Source: Octopus sinensis
Lineage: Eukaryota
Direction of reading: 5' to 3'
Assembly (NCBI RefSeq): GCF_006345805.1
Contig: NC_042997.1
Span: 31,558,001 to 31,622,000 of the forward strand
Length of the DNA: 64,000 nt
In this document: in pieces, positions 40,311 through 53,451 of the stretch
Layout: every line of letters begins with the position of its first letter
Position numbering within the stretch: position 1 is the stretch's first letter
The notes under the pieces: model-generated
Seen by the model: only the letters and a program-made list of their open reading frames with translations
Database searches by the model: none
Told to the model about the DNA's origin: nothing
Translations under genes and position numbers: made by a program

Positions 40311-40952
40311 GGATCTTTTCCTTTTGAACGGCAGATGTCAACACAATTTCTAGTTAACTAAACACTTTTAAACTTCGAATACTGGTAGAATGTTTTTATA
40401 AAACATCATTTTCTCTTGGTTTTATTGAGAAAATTCTATAGTTTGTAAGATATTTCGTCTGAAAATCCGAGCATTTCGGCAATTTTAACCAATCGATTAC
40501 CTCCATTCAACTAAAATCATTTGCTGTGTCTAAAACTTAGACAAAATCCTGGAACTAACACTAAACCTCCCCCTAACCCTAACCCTAACCCTATTTTTTT
40601 TTCTTAATTGTTAAATCAATTTAATTCCATTGCTTTAGTTTTTTTACACGCGTAACAATTAAATTAATTTAACAATTAATAAAAAAAATCTAGGGTTAGG
40701 GTTAGGGGGGAGGTTTAGGGTTAGTTACAGGATGTTGTCTCAGTTTTAGACGCAGCAAATGATTTTAGCTCAAAAGAGAGCATAGGATTGGTTAAAATTC
40801 GAAAAATTAAACTACGTTAAACAAACAAATTACAATTTTCTCAAGAAAGCCAAGAGAAAAAAATGTTTTATTTTGACACATTCTACCAGTATACGAAGTT
40901 TTAAAGTGTTTAGTTAACTAGAACTTGTCTGCCGTTCAAAAGGAAAAGATCC
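40311..40952. mobile_element. Foldback MITE with long imperfect TIRs, internal (CCCTAA)3 / (TTAGGG)n and a perfect 8-bp TSD
   Basis: caaatggt|GGATCttttccttttgaacggcag ... ctgccgttcaaaaggaaaaGATCC|caaatggt; arms ~290 bp. Confidence 0.85.
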
Positions 40953-41228
40953 CAAATGGTTAATGTGTAACGAATTTTCATCAATTGACCGTCTTATACG
41001 GTATTCATTTGGGGAATACTATCAGAACAAATCTATCTAATACATCCCTTCATTTTAAGACAGTATAATAAACTTTGAAAGAGATTCAGCTGCTAATTCG
41101 ATTAGATTGGACAACCAGGTAAAGTCTCTTGTATTGGCTGGGGGTCCTTACGCTAATAATGATCTGCTTTGTCTCAGCAAAAAACACAATTTCGCTTTCT
41201 TCTAAAAACGTTTTTAATAGAAAATATC

Positions 41229-41642
41229 GGATCTTTTCGGTTTGAACGGCAGTTTTTAACATAATTTCTAGGTAACTAAAAAATTTTAAACTTCGTATAC
41301 TGGTAGAATGTGTTTATAAAACATCTTTTTCTCTTGGCTTTATTGATAAAATTCTATAGTTTGTAAGATATTTGTTGCTTTTTATTCAATTTCTGCCATT
41401 TCAACCAATCAGTGACGTCTATTGAGTTAAAAAGCATTCTGTGCCGTATGAATATGTCCCTCGTTTAAGAAACAGATTGGGTTTATTTACATTTGTGAAG
41501 AAAAAAAGATACCCTTCCCCCACCCCTAACCCTAACCCTAAAAGAGATTGAAATGCAATAGATCGATTTTAGGGTCATAATTATGGGTGACAATTTCATA
41601 TGACACCGCTAGAAAAAACTGCCGTTCAAACCGAAATGATCC
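41229..41642. mobile_element. Related MITE subfamily (GGATC termini, short right TIR, 8-bp TSD)
   Basis: aaaatatc|ggatcttttcggtttgaacggcagttttt ... aaaaactgccgttcaaaccgaaatgatcc|aaaatatt; the left ~150 bp is homologous to the 40311 element. Confidence 0.85.
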
Positions 41643-41763
41643 AAAATATTTTGTGGTTTTATATATTATTGCTTCCTGGTAATATCATCATCATCATCGT
41701 CGACGTCGTCGTCGTCATCATCGTCGTCATCCAACTCCTCCTCATAATTATTATCAAGATCCT

Positions 41764-41995
41764 TTAAATGTTGCAGCAAGTTGTTGGGAGTACCTCCCTA
41801 AGCGCTTTCATTGTCAGCTGTTGCCGCTGGTCTCTGTCCTTTGCCATGCGTAGCAAGGTTGCAGTATCGTAACCTGCCCAGTCCTTGTTGTTGACTGGGC
41901 AATCTTCTTTCTCTCCCTCTCTTCTGCTCTCCCCCATCTGTGCTCTGAAGAATGGTTTTGGACAGGGATACAAAGCCATACTAGGCAAGCTTTCA
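41764..41995 (-). mobile_element. RTE-clade LINE C-terminal fragment
   Basis: PKPFFRAQMGESRREGEKEDCPVNNKDWAGYDTATLLRMAKDRDQR resembles ..ILQG...G.RRRGR..W..N.K.W.G......A.DR; followed by (GAT)n-like repeats. Confidence 0.6.
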
Positions 41996-42064
41996 CATTT
42001 TTACCTGCGCAAGGAGGGGTTCCTTTCTGCTAGCGTATTTGTTGAAAAAAAGCGGTTCGTTCTG

Positions 42065-42410
42065 TGTGATCGACTCCAGTACGCAATTGGTACTTAATGT
42101 ATCGACCCCGAAAGGATAAAAAGCAAAGTCGACCTCGGCGGAATTTGATCTCAAAATGCAAAGACAGACGAAATACCTATTTCTTTATTGCCCACAAGGG
42201 GCTAAACACAGAGAGGACAAACAAGGACAGACAAACGGATTAAGTCGATTATATCGACCCCAGTGCGTAACTGGTACTTATTTAATCGACCCCGAAAGGA
42301 TGAAAAGCAATTTCGACCTCGGCAGAATTTGAACTCAGAACGTAGCGGCAGACGAAATACTGCTAAGCTTTTCGCCCGACGTGCTAACGTTTCTGCCAGC
42401 TCGCCGCCTC
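42065..42410 (-). mobile_element. SINE family A dimer
   Basis: Two B-box/Nin-like modules separated by the cccttgtgggcaataaagaaatag tail. Confidence 0.85.
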
Positions 42411-42519
42411 GCTAAACAACGATATCGTCAATGCTTGCTCAATAATTTGATATTACTTAACTCGTAATTACTAAATTCATGTTTGTTTGGCTTCTGTTTC
42501 CTTTAATATTTTCTTTCTT

Positions 42520-42947
42520 CTACTTGTTTTATTTATTTGACTGTGGCCATGCTGGAGCACCACTTTTAATCGAACAAATCGACCCCAGGACTTATTCTTT
42601 CTAAGTCTAGTACTTATTCTATTGGTTTCAGTGAGTTGTCATGAGTTTCCGAAGAGAATTTTTTCGGTCCCCTTTGCCTAACCCGCTAAGTTACGGGGAC
42701 GTAAACACACCAAAACCGGTTGTCAAGCGATGGTAGAGGGACAAACACAGACATACTCACAAATATATGCACACACAGATATATACGACGGACTTCTTTC
42801 AGTTCCCGTCTACCAAATCCACTCACTAGGCTTTGGTCGGCCTGAGGCTATAGTAGAAGACTCGTACCCAACATGTCACGCAGTGGGACTGAAGCCAGAA
42901 TCATGTGGTTGGGAAGCAAGCTTCTTAACAGACAGCCACTCCTGCGC
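42520..42947 (-). mobile_element. SINE family D
   Basis: Collinear; internal tract short (~40 bp). Confidence 0.85.
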
Positions 42948-43084
42948 CAACAATTTCCCTATCTTTTTCCTTCTCCATTCCGCATTTTCCCAACATCAGT
43001 GGAATGATAGAATCGGAAGAACGGAAAAATAAAATACCTTTTGTTTTTAGTTACAACCGTTTGCGTTTCTGCGCCCTAAATCCG

Positions 43085-43295
43085 TCGAACTAGACTTGGT
43101 TAGTGCGTCGAGCAAAATGCTTAGCAGCATTTCTTTCGGCTTAACATTTTGAGTTCAAATTCCACCAAGGTCGATTTTGCTTTTTATCGTTTTGGGGGTC
43201 GATAAAGTGAGTACCAGTTGAGCAGTGTGGCAGATGTAATCAACTTGTTCGCTCCTCTCAAAATCACTGGCTAAGTACCAAAATTTGAAACAATA
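43085..43295 (+). mobile_element. Degenerate SINE family A copy (further copies at 38630-38765, 44105-44340, 61015-61375 (-) and 62640-62818 (-))
   Basis: gagttcaaattcc...gtcgat...gggtcgataaa...gtaccag. Confidence 0.7.
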
Positions 43296-44494
43296 ATAGT
43301 CGGATCGGTAGAACGTCTAAGAGTGTCGTTAGCAGTTTAAGCTACGACCCTTTAGTTGTAAGTTCAAATCCCACCGAGGTCGACTTGGCATTCAGAGACC
43401 GATGAAAAAAGTTCTGTTCTATTACGGTCACTGTAATTTCCCCAAAATTGTGTTGTCGTGTGCCAGTTATTTTCCTTCATTTTCCCTTCAACTTTTTTCC
43501 TTGTTTCCTTCAATTTCTTGTGTTCGTTTTTCTTCTTCCCTTACCTTTCTTGGCTCTTAAATTATACTTATATTTACACACACACGCACACACACAACAC
43601 ACACACACACACCACACACACACATACATACATTTAATTTCTCCTCTGTCCTCTCTTTTATTCCTGCTTTGCTTCTTCCCATTACATCCGCCATCTTAAA
43701 TTCATACAACTATTCATTTTCTCTTTGAATTGACTATTAACCTTTTTAAGATTGTATTAAGATAGATTTCTGATAAAACGCCTTAAGGTGTTTTTATCAC
43801 AAATAAAACCCTTCAACCTCTCAACTTTTTAAAGTTATTTTAGCAGCAGTTTCACCCCCAGCTTAGTTGACGGGAGTAAGTAGAGATAAGTAAAGCTGAT
43901 TGTCAGTAGACAAAAGACAGTGTCGACGAACAATACTCTGCTATCTGTTTTAGTCCCGTATTTTCCACTACAGAGACCACTTGACTTACACTAACATGCC
44001 GTAAATAATAGGCAGGTCTTATGATAATAGATTCTGATCCTAACAAGACATTTCCCAGTTTAGATACAATCATGATATTTTTCTTTTTAATACCTGGCCA
44101 CCCGAAGGCAGCGAGCTGGCAGATTCATTAGTGCGTTGGAAAAAATAAATAAATAAACAAGCTTTGCGGTAGTTTTTTTCGCTCTTTACATCCTGAGTTC
44201 AAATCCCATCAAGGGCAGCTAAATCATTTTTCTCTCCAGGGACTATCAAACAAAATCTATTCAAGTAACTGCGTTCGGTGTTATCGACTAATGCTCTACC
44301 CTTGGAAATGCGGGTCTTGTCTTGAATTAGACACTAATAACTAACTCTCCGAAATGGTGGTGTGAGGCAGCAACAATACAGTATCCAGTTTAAATGCTTT
44401 GCGGTTATTTGTCACGTTCATTAGCGTCCTGGGCTCAAATCCTACCGAGGTGGTCTGTCATAGTGTCTTGTTCTTTTTTCTCCCTAATCTTTTT

Positions 44495-44752
44495 TTCTTT
44501 TATTTGTTTCAGTCATTTGATTGAGGCCATGCTGGATGACCACCTTTAGTCGAGAAAATCGACCCCAGGACTTATTCTTTGTCAGCCAAGCACTTACTTA
44601 TTCTATCGGTTTCATTTGCTGAACCGCTACGTTACGGGGACGTAAACACACCAACATCTGTTGTCAAGCGATGGTGGGGGACAAACACAGACATACAAAC
44701 ATGTAAATATACATACATACAAACACACACACACACGCACACACACACGCAC

Positions 44753-44821
<69 letters not shown>

Positions 44822-44978
44822 CGACAAGCTTCTTTCAGTTTCCGTTTACCAAATCCACTCAAGGCTTTGGTCGGTCCGAGGCTATAGTAGAAGACACTTG
44901 CCCAAGGTGCCACGCAGTGGGACTGAAGCCGGAGCCATGTGGTTAGTAAGCAAGCTACTTACCACACAGCCACTCCTG
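44495..44978 (-). mobile_element. SINE family D, expanded internal (AC)n(TA)n
   Basis: Collinear; internal tract ~140 bp. Confidence 0.9.
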
Positions 44979-45413
44979 AACCTATGCCAGATGTACAATG
45001 GTGCAAACGTCTAATTGCAATAGTTTCGTCATTTTCATTTATTTCTTTTAGCTGTTGCAATCTTGCATATTTTTCTTAGCAAACTATTGGTTTATATTCC
45101 TGTTTTTTTTTTTTTTAGTTTTGAATAAATTAAAATTCAGGGAACTAGTATTTAACATAGTTGTGGGGTTTAGCCTGAGAGAAAATTTCGTTTTTAGCGC
45201 ATATAATTTTAATGTATTGTTAGTTTTGCAAAGAAGGAGACGATGTTGATGTATTCTTAGGACATCAGATGGTTTTAATCCGGCTCTGGATATGTTTTTC
45301 ATTGTAATCGAAAACGAAACACGCTGCGCATCTGGGAGGGAGCAAGGTACTTAACTCCTCAGAGGTTAAATCCATCTGTTGTATGTAGTTAACAGAAACA
45401 ACAATAACAAAAG

Positions 45414-45762
45414 CAGCGAGCGAGCTGGCAGAATCGTTAGCACGCCGGGCGAAAAGCGTAGCCGTATTTCGTCTGCCGTTACGTTCTGAGTTCAAATTCC
45501 GCCGAGGTCGACTTTGCCTTTCATCCTTTCGGGGTCGATTAAATAAGTACCAGTTACGCACTGGGGTCCATGTAATCGACTTAATCCGTTTCTCTGTCCT
45601 TGTTTGTCCTCTCTGTGGGTAGTAAAGAAATAAGTATTTCCTTTGCCGCTTAATCCGTGGGTAGTAAAGAAATAAGTATTTCCTTTGCCGACTTAATCCG
45701 TTTGTCTGTCCTTGTTTGTCCCCTCTGTGTGTAACCCCTTGTGGGCAGTAAAGAAATAAGAA
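45414..45762 (+). mobile_element. SINE family A with a triplicated 3' tail
   Basis: cttaatccgt...gtggg(t/c)agtaaagaaataag occurs three times (45580-45762). Confidence 0.9.
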
Positions 45763-45872
45763 ACAACAATAATAAAAGCAGGCTGGCTTAATGTCCTGTA
45801 ACATAAATGAAATAAAAAAACCGAATGAGATTGAAAAAATCTGAAAGAATTATGTCGTATACATACATGCAT

Positions 45873-45907
<35 letters not shown>

Positions 45908-47095
45908 TGTTTGTCTCCTTTAATGCGGTGCCCCAGTATGATCGCAGTCAAATGACTGAAACAATTAAAAGAATAAAAGAATAATTGCATTATTCAGGAT
46001 CTGGTAAAAAGAAGAAAAAAAACAATAATTATCCGAGATGCTGCAAATAGGGATCGAACTCAGAACCGAAGTGGGTTTTTTTTTTTTTTTTTTTTTTTAC
46101 ACATCCCCATGCCTGGGAACCAACTCTTGATCATTGCTTCTTCTGAAACTGTTTGCTTTTCCTTTTTTCCTTTTTCGTGGCCTTACGGCGATCACCACTT
46201 ATGTAAGGGGAAAACAAGTGTTGATTTTTATGCAAAATCGAGAAACAAAACAACATGGCATAGAAAAAGAAAAACAATGTAAATAATGGTAATATTTCAA
46301 GAAGGTCTTTAATTCAGCTGGTCACTTGATTGAGTATATTCCCCGTTGTGAAGTTGTTACCAAGGAAAATAAACATGTTCACACTGTAAGCACTTATAAC
46401 GATTACCCTTTGCCTTAGGGGGCGCTACTTGAGTGCGGTTAAACATGTTTGCCAACAGACACTTCAGCTCTTGAGTAAATATTGAATTAGGCGCCTGGAC
46501 AAACAGAAAAAGAAGAAAAAAGGAGGAACGGCGAACGGCAAAGGACGATAGCGAACGAACAAACATGCTGACACGCACAGACGTACAGCAAAAGATGCAG
46601 ACACACACACATACACACACAGGCTTATACAGATATTCACGCAAGCACATGCTGGCACGCATACGCTTGCGCGCGGTAGGTACGAACACACAGACACATA
46701 CACGTGATATGAAAAAAAGAAAAAGGTGAATATCGAGGCGGAGGGAAGAGCGAGAGAGAGAGGAAGAGAGAGAGAGAGAGGTAAGCAAGTATGAGAAGAA
46801 CAGTTTTAATGAAAATAGTGAAGGAAATTGTATATAGCGATATTAATGTGCGGTTAGGTAGTTCTACTTGCATACATGCCGTTCCGGTTTCGGTACCATT
46901 ATGCGGTGCAAAAAGCAAATTCCTTCTACTTAAAGCTCAACTCTACCTAAAGCTTTGTCGATGGAAACTGTGCAAAAGCATATCGTCTGTCTGTCTGTCT
47001 GTCTCTTTCTCTCTCTCCCTCTTTCTCTATAGATAGATAGACAGATATAAATGTAGATAGGTATAGATATAATGTGAGAGTGTGTTTGTATATGA

Positions 47096-47178
<83 letters not shown>

Positions 47179-47189
47179 ACGGGAAGCTT

Positions 47190-47345
47190 TATGAAAATAA
47201 ACAAAAGACGAAGGCAGGTGGAGTACAAACAAACAATTGTATTAGTATGGCGCTGAGGAATAGAAATAAAACAAGTCTTTTACGTTTCGAGCCTACGCTC
47301 TTCAACAGAAAGATACACAGAAAAGAAACACGGAGAGAAACAACG
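47190..47345 (-). mobile_element. Probable Penelope-like terminal repeat carrying a minimal hammerhead-like motif (47276-47313)
   Basis: Minus strand tcttt CTGTTGA a gagc gtag gctc GAAA cg T A aaaga; begins next to (TA)n. Confidence 0.6.
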
Positions 47346-47387
47346 AGAGAGAAAAAAATGCGTGCAGGAGCTAACGAATCAACATGG

Positions 47388-47661
47388 TGGAGGCACATGG
47401 CCTATTGGTTAGAGCAGCGGATTAGCAGCCGAGGGATCGCAAGTTCGAATCTCAGACCGGGTGATGTGTGTGTTTATGAGCGAAACACCTAAACTCCACG
47501 AGGGTCCGACAGAAAGTAATGGCGAACCTCTGCTGACACTTTCGCCATAACTTTCTCTCACTGTTTCGTCTTGCATCTCACGTGCGACGGTCCGGCGTCC
47601 CGTCCAGGTGGGGAACGTATACACCAATGAAACCGGGAAACCGGTCCTTATGAGCCAGGGA
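47388..47661 (+). mobile_element. Chimeric SINE: family B head and body with a family C 3' tail
   Basis: Head tggaggcacatggcctattggttagagcagcgg...actttctctcact, then gcgacggtccggcgtcccgtccaggtgggg...gaaaccgggaaaccgg...atgagcc as in 9686-9790. Confidence 0.75.
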
Positions 47662-47704
47662 TATATATGTATGTATGTATATATATATATATATATTATA
47701 TATA

Positions 47705-47750
<46 letters not shown>

Positions 47751-48257
47751 ATTTGTATGAATATATGCATATTTATATATATATATGTATGTGTGTGTGT
47801 GTGTATTATATATGTGTTTACCGTAACCCGCTTAGCAGCCGGTGTTGCTCTGTTTGCATTCCAATATATAGGTATTAAGTGAAAGCTAGTAGCAAACAAT
47901 TGCACACGTACATTGTAATGAATAACGATAGTAAGAAGTGAAACTGGTTTGAAATTATTTACTTTGCCTATTTTTGAAATTATAAACTTTGAAGAATTTA
48001 ATAAGTTATTTTGAAATTATTTAAACGTATTTTGGAATCCATAAGTTTGAAGTAATGTATTTTTGATGCGGTATGGTATTTCGGAATATGCAATAATGTC
48101 TTTTGAAATAATTTGATTCTGCTAATCTGTTTTGAAATGCAAATGCATATTATTGTATTTTGTAATGATTTCACTGCAAGAATACATATTTTTGAATTAA
48201 TTCACTGCGATGTAAAAGTAAAAACGCATTTTCCTATTATTTTCCATATCTCCTGAC

Positions 48258-48662
48258 TTACTCTTTTACTTGTTTCAGTCATTTGACTGCCGCCATGCTG
48301 GAGCACCACCTTTAATCGAGCAACTTGACCCCGGGACTTATTCTTTTGTAAGCCCAGTACTTATTCTGTCTCTTTTGCCGAACCGCTAAGTAACGGGGAC
48401 ATAAACACACCAGCACCGGTTGTCAAGCAATGCTAGGAAGACAATCACAGATACACAAACACACACACGCATATATATATATATATATACATATATACGA
48501 CAGGCTTCTTTCAGTTTCCGTCTACCAAACCCACTCACAAGGCTTTGGTCGGCCCGAGGCTATAGTAGAAGACACTTGCCCAAGGTGCCACGCAGAGGGA
48601 CTGAACCCGGAACCATGTGGTTGGTAAGCAAGCTATTTACCACACAGCCACTCCTGCGCCTA
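48258..48662 (-). mobile_element. SINE family D
   Basis: Collinear with 24068-24478. Confidence 0.9.
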
Positions 48663-49034
48663 TGTAGGATATTTTAAGAGTTTCATTCTTTATATGTGTG
48701 TGTATGTGGATGTGCATGTCTGTATCAGACGGGCCTCTGTCTACGTCCGTCTATCATATTTGACTCAATATATCTGTTTTGGGTGAAATTTGCGCGAACA
48801 GAATCTGTGGTGGAAAGCATTGCCTTGGAAACAGAATCGAACAGGAAACTCTGCAGTTGTTGTAAAGTGCACTTCATAACCACACAAAGCACAGAAAACT
48901 AATATTAACCATAACAATGATACATAATGAAAAGTATCGGCGAAGTAAATTCAATATTCAACTTCAGTAAGGCCCACAAATTGCCTAATATGTGTGTATG
49001 TGTGCGTGTAATTTGGTGTGTGCGCGCGTGTGTG

Positions 49035-50575
49035 CAGTGTGTGTGTGTGTATGGTGCGTGTAAGTATATCTATACTTACATATGCATGTGTGAATGTGTG
49101 TATGTATGTGTGCGTGTATGGTGCGTGTAAGTATATTTATACTTACATATGTATGTGTGAGTGTGTGTATGTATGTGTGTGTATGGTGCGTGTAAGTGTA
49201 TTTATACTTACATATGCATGTGTGAATGTGTGTATGTATGTGTGTGTATGGTGCGTGTAAGTATATTTATACTTACATATGTATGTGTGAGTGTGTGTAT
49301 GTATGTGTGTATGGTGCGTGTAAGTGTATTTATACTTACATATGTATATGTGAGTGTGTGTATGTATGTGTGGTGTATGGTGCGTGTAAGTATATTTATA
49401 CTTACATATGCATGTGTGAATGTGTGTATGTATGTGTGCGTGTATGGTGCGTGTAAGTATATTTATACTTACATATGTATGTGTGAGTGTGTGTATGTAT
49501 GTGTGTGTATGGTGCGTGTAAGTGTATTTATACTTACATATGTATGTGTGAGTGTGTGTATGTATGTGTGTGTATGGTGCGTGTAAGTGTATTTATACTT
49601 ACATATGCATGTGTGAGTGTGTGTATGTATGTGTGCGTGTATGGTGCGTGTAAGTGTATTTATACTTACATATGTATGTGTGAGTGTGTGTATGTATGTG
49701 TGTGTATGGTGCGTGTAAGTATATCTATACATACATATGCATGTGTGAATGTGTGTATGTATGTGTGCGTGTATGGTGCGTGTAAGTGTATTTATACTTA
49801 CATATGTATGTGTGAGTGTGTGTATGTATGTGTGTGTGTATGGTGCGTGTAAGTGTATTTATACTTACATATGTATGTGTGAGTGTGTGTATGTATGTGT
49901 GTGTGTATGGTGCGTGTAAGTATATTTATACTTACATATGCATGTGTGAATGTGTGTATGTATGTGTGCGTGTATGGTGCGTGTAAGTATATCTATACTT
50001 ACATATGCATGTGTGAATGTGTGTATGTATGTGTGCGTGTATGGTGCGTGTAAGTATATTTATACTTACATATGTATGTGTGAGTGTGTGTATGTATGTG
50101 TGTGTATGGTGCGTGTAAGTGTATTTATACTTACATATGTATATGTGAGTGTGTGTATGTATGTGTGTGTGTATGGTGCGTGTAAGTATATTTATACTTA
50201 CATATGCATGTGTGAATGTGTGTATGTATGTGTGCGTGTATGGTGCGTGTAAGTATATTTATACTTACATATGTATATGTGAGTGTGTGTATGTATGTGT
50301 GTGTGTATGGTGCGTGTAAGTATATTTATACTTACATATGTATGTGTGAGTGTGTGTATGTATGTGTGTGTGTATGGTGCGTGTAAGTATATTTATACTT
50401 ACATATGTATATGTGAGTGTGTGCATGTATGTGTGCGTGTATGGTGCGTGTAAGTGTATTTATACTTACATATGTATATGTGAGTGTGTGCATGTATGTG
50501 TGTGTGTATGGTGCGTGTAAGTATATTTATACTTACATATGTATGTGTGAGTGTGTGTGTTTATGTGTGTGTGTA
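49035..50575. repeat. Minisatellite, ~23 copies of a ~66-bp unit containing a hairpin
   Basis: atggtgcgtgtaagt(a/g)tatttatacttacatatg(c/t)at(g/a)tgtga(a/g)tgtgtgtatgtatgtgtg(c/t)gtgt; anchor atggtgcgtgtaag counted 23 times from ~49051 to ~50508. Confidence 0.95.
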
Positions 50576-50692
50576 CGTGTATACTTCAAATAAACTAAAA
50601 ATTCTTTTTATATACGTTACTGATCACTTATAAGAATAAAACTTTACAACTGTATACTAGCCTTTGTGTGTGGTGTGTGTGTAAAGATATAT

Positions 50693-50778
<86 letters not shown>

Positions 50779-52175
50779 TACACACATGCATACATACATA
50801 CGTATATGTTATGTTGTATGTTTGTTTATTAATGCATAATTGTTTGTTCATGTGTATTTTGTGCATAAGATTAGAAACGCATATATTGTTGTGTACGTTT
50901 GAATGTGTTTGTGTGTGTGGTGTGTGTGTGTGTGTGTGTGGTGTGTGTGTGTGTTTGTGTGTGTATGTGTCTGACTATGTGTGTTTATGTGTTTGTATGT
51001 CCGTACAGTTTTATGCATTTGGGCATTCACACATCACCAATCCATTTGCTTTCGTAGACTAACACAGCTGCCGACCAAACCGAGCGCTATTTGACACAGC
51101 ACAATTCTTACATGAAAACACGTTAATGTGCTCCGCTCTTTTGGACACATAGAGATGTCAGTCCATTTCGGGTTTAACAAACAGAAATGCATCGCTATGA
51201 CCACGTGACTAGCATTGGCGGCAGCGAATTGCCTCTGACAACTAACCATGCAGAGCTTTAGAAATGCAATTATTTATTTAGAACTTTAAGATGAAATTAT
51301 TTCACGCTCTCTTGAATTCTTTGATAGCAGCATAGTGTCAAGATTAGTTTATCCTATTGCCTATCTTCATAAAGGATGTTCAAATGATATGTCTGTTTCT
51401 CTGTGAGCGCCTGTTGTATGGATACGCATGTTTGTGTATGCATGTGTGGTAGAGAAGTGATTTGAAGTAGTGGCAGTGTTGCTGCGTTATTCAAAGAAGA
51501 GTGAGCGGTGTTTGGGTTTGGTTTGGGTTTGGTTTGGTTTGGTTTGGTGATGTTCGTAAGTAACTAAGAACTGGTGCGAACGAACGAACGATAGTTGTAT
51601 AAGAGATATTCACTGCACTTGGCAAATTCTTCATGCTAAACACAGATCAAGTAAATTGTTTATTGATGATCTTTCACGTAATTTTTAATGCCAACGTATC
51701 GTCGTGTCAGTGGCGGGCGGCGTAGAACAGTGCGGAGCACTCATAGATGCGTTGATACCAAGCTACGGTTTCGATTCTCGGTCTCGGCCGAAGTGTTTTC
51801 ACTTTAAATAAGAAACTAAATATGAAGTGCGGTCAATATAATAATTAGATTAATTTTTTTAGGGTTTTCGGTAGCATAAATAAGCAAATAATGTCGAATA
51901 TTTTCGTTGTTGTTGTTGTTGTTGATAATGTTATTTGTTACTAATTCTATATCGCATCAGGCGGCACGAAGAAGAGCAGCTTCGTCGAACTTGCTTCTTC
52001 ACCAAAAATAGTACCGAAAAGAGACCCCAAAACACTGAAAGCTGGTGCTCTAGCATGGCCCCAGCCACTGGCTGAAACCAGGAAAAGAATAAAAGAAATA
52101 TATACATACATCTAGCCATCTTTCTCTCTCTCTCCCCCCTCTCTCTCTCTCTTTCTCTCTCTCTCTTTCTCTCTA

Positions 52176-52206
<31 letters not shown>

Positions 52207-53398
52207 CCATACACACATACACACACAGATGTATATATGAACAATTAAGAATTTAACCTTGGCATACTTTCAAACCTTTACGCAATTGAGATCAAAGCCT
52301 TGGCTAAAGTATGAAGGAAACCTATGCCATTGTTTGTACGCTATTTTCCAGTCTTCTGCGCAGTTTGGTACACAGAATACGCATAGTGGCAAACATCCCT
52401 TAATTCATCAGTCGTTTGTTGTTGTTGGTGGTGGTGACGATGATGATGAGGAGCAGGACGATGTCGATGATGGTGATAACGATGATGATGGTAAAAATGA
52501 TAAAAACAGGAAGCGGAAGACGTATTTGTTACTGTTGCAGTCGTCCTTTACTCCAATGCCAGCCCTCACAAAACAAACCTCGCATTTTGAACCCTTGCCC
52601 AGCTTCAGGTATTATTATACGGGCATTATTTCTTTAGCTATATTGGTACTTCTGGCTCTCATTTTTTAAAGTATTCTAGTGTGTCAATATTTTAATAAAA
52701 TGATGGTACCTTTTCTAATTAGACTGTTACTTTGTGAATAATTCTTAATGTTCAAATTTTATCCTTAGCTGCAATATTTTAAGAAAAATTTTCTTCTTCT
52801 GTACTTTACTAGATATAATAACTTGTCCTGAACTTTTCCAACTTGTCCTAAACTTTTTCAGTTTTATAATCATAAGAATATTATTTCTCTTGCATTTTTC
52901 CATGTAATCCATGTTTTTCCAGGTTATGCTATTATGCTAATTAATAATGTGTCAAATGTATCAATTAGTGGTGTCGTTGATAATTTTTTCCTTAATTCAG
53001 TGATGCCGGTGACATATATTAAAAGTCCCTTATAGAACTATATACATAAAAAAAATATAGAACTATATTATCACCCTGAAATTTGAGAAACAAACACTCA
53101 TAACTTTCTTATTTTAAAACTTCATTGCATGAGATTGATACCATGAAATTCTTCGAATTCAGATCTATCATTTAAGCTTTTCATTTATATATATATATTA
53201 TGTAAAATACATATATTACATAGAGATATATTAGATTTATATACACATATGCATGAAAAGAAGAAAACACACATACATATACTTGTAGATATACGCACAC
53301 ACACACACATGCACACACATCCATATATATACATATGCAGATGCCAGGGTATGAACAGAGAAAGAAAGAGACAGATAAAGAGGCAGAGATGGCGAAAC

Positions 53399-53451
<53 letters not shown>

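Noticed and set aside
40570-41540. (CCCTAA)n/(TTAGGG)n as interstitial telomere
   Set aside because: Only 2-3 hexamers, located inside MITE arms.
49035-50575. Hairpin-containing regular repeat resembling a CRISPR array
   Set aside because: No unique spacers, no cas genes, eukaryotic context; it is a minisatellite.
52560-53000. Minus-strand coding-like AT-rich stretch, possibly a PLE N-terminus
   Set aside because: Many stops and no identifiable motif.
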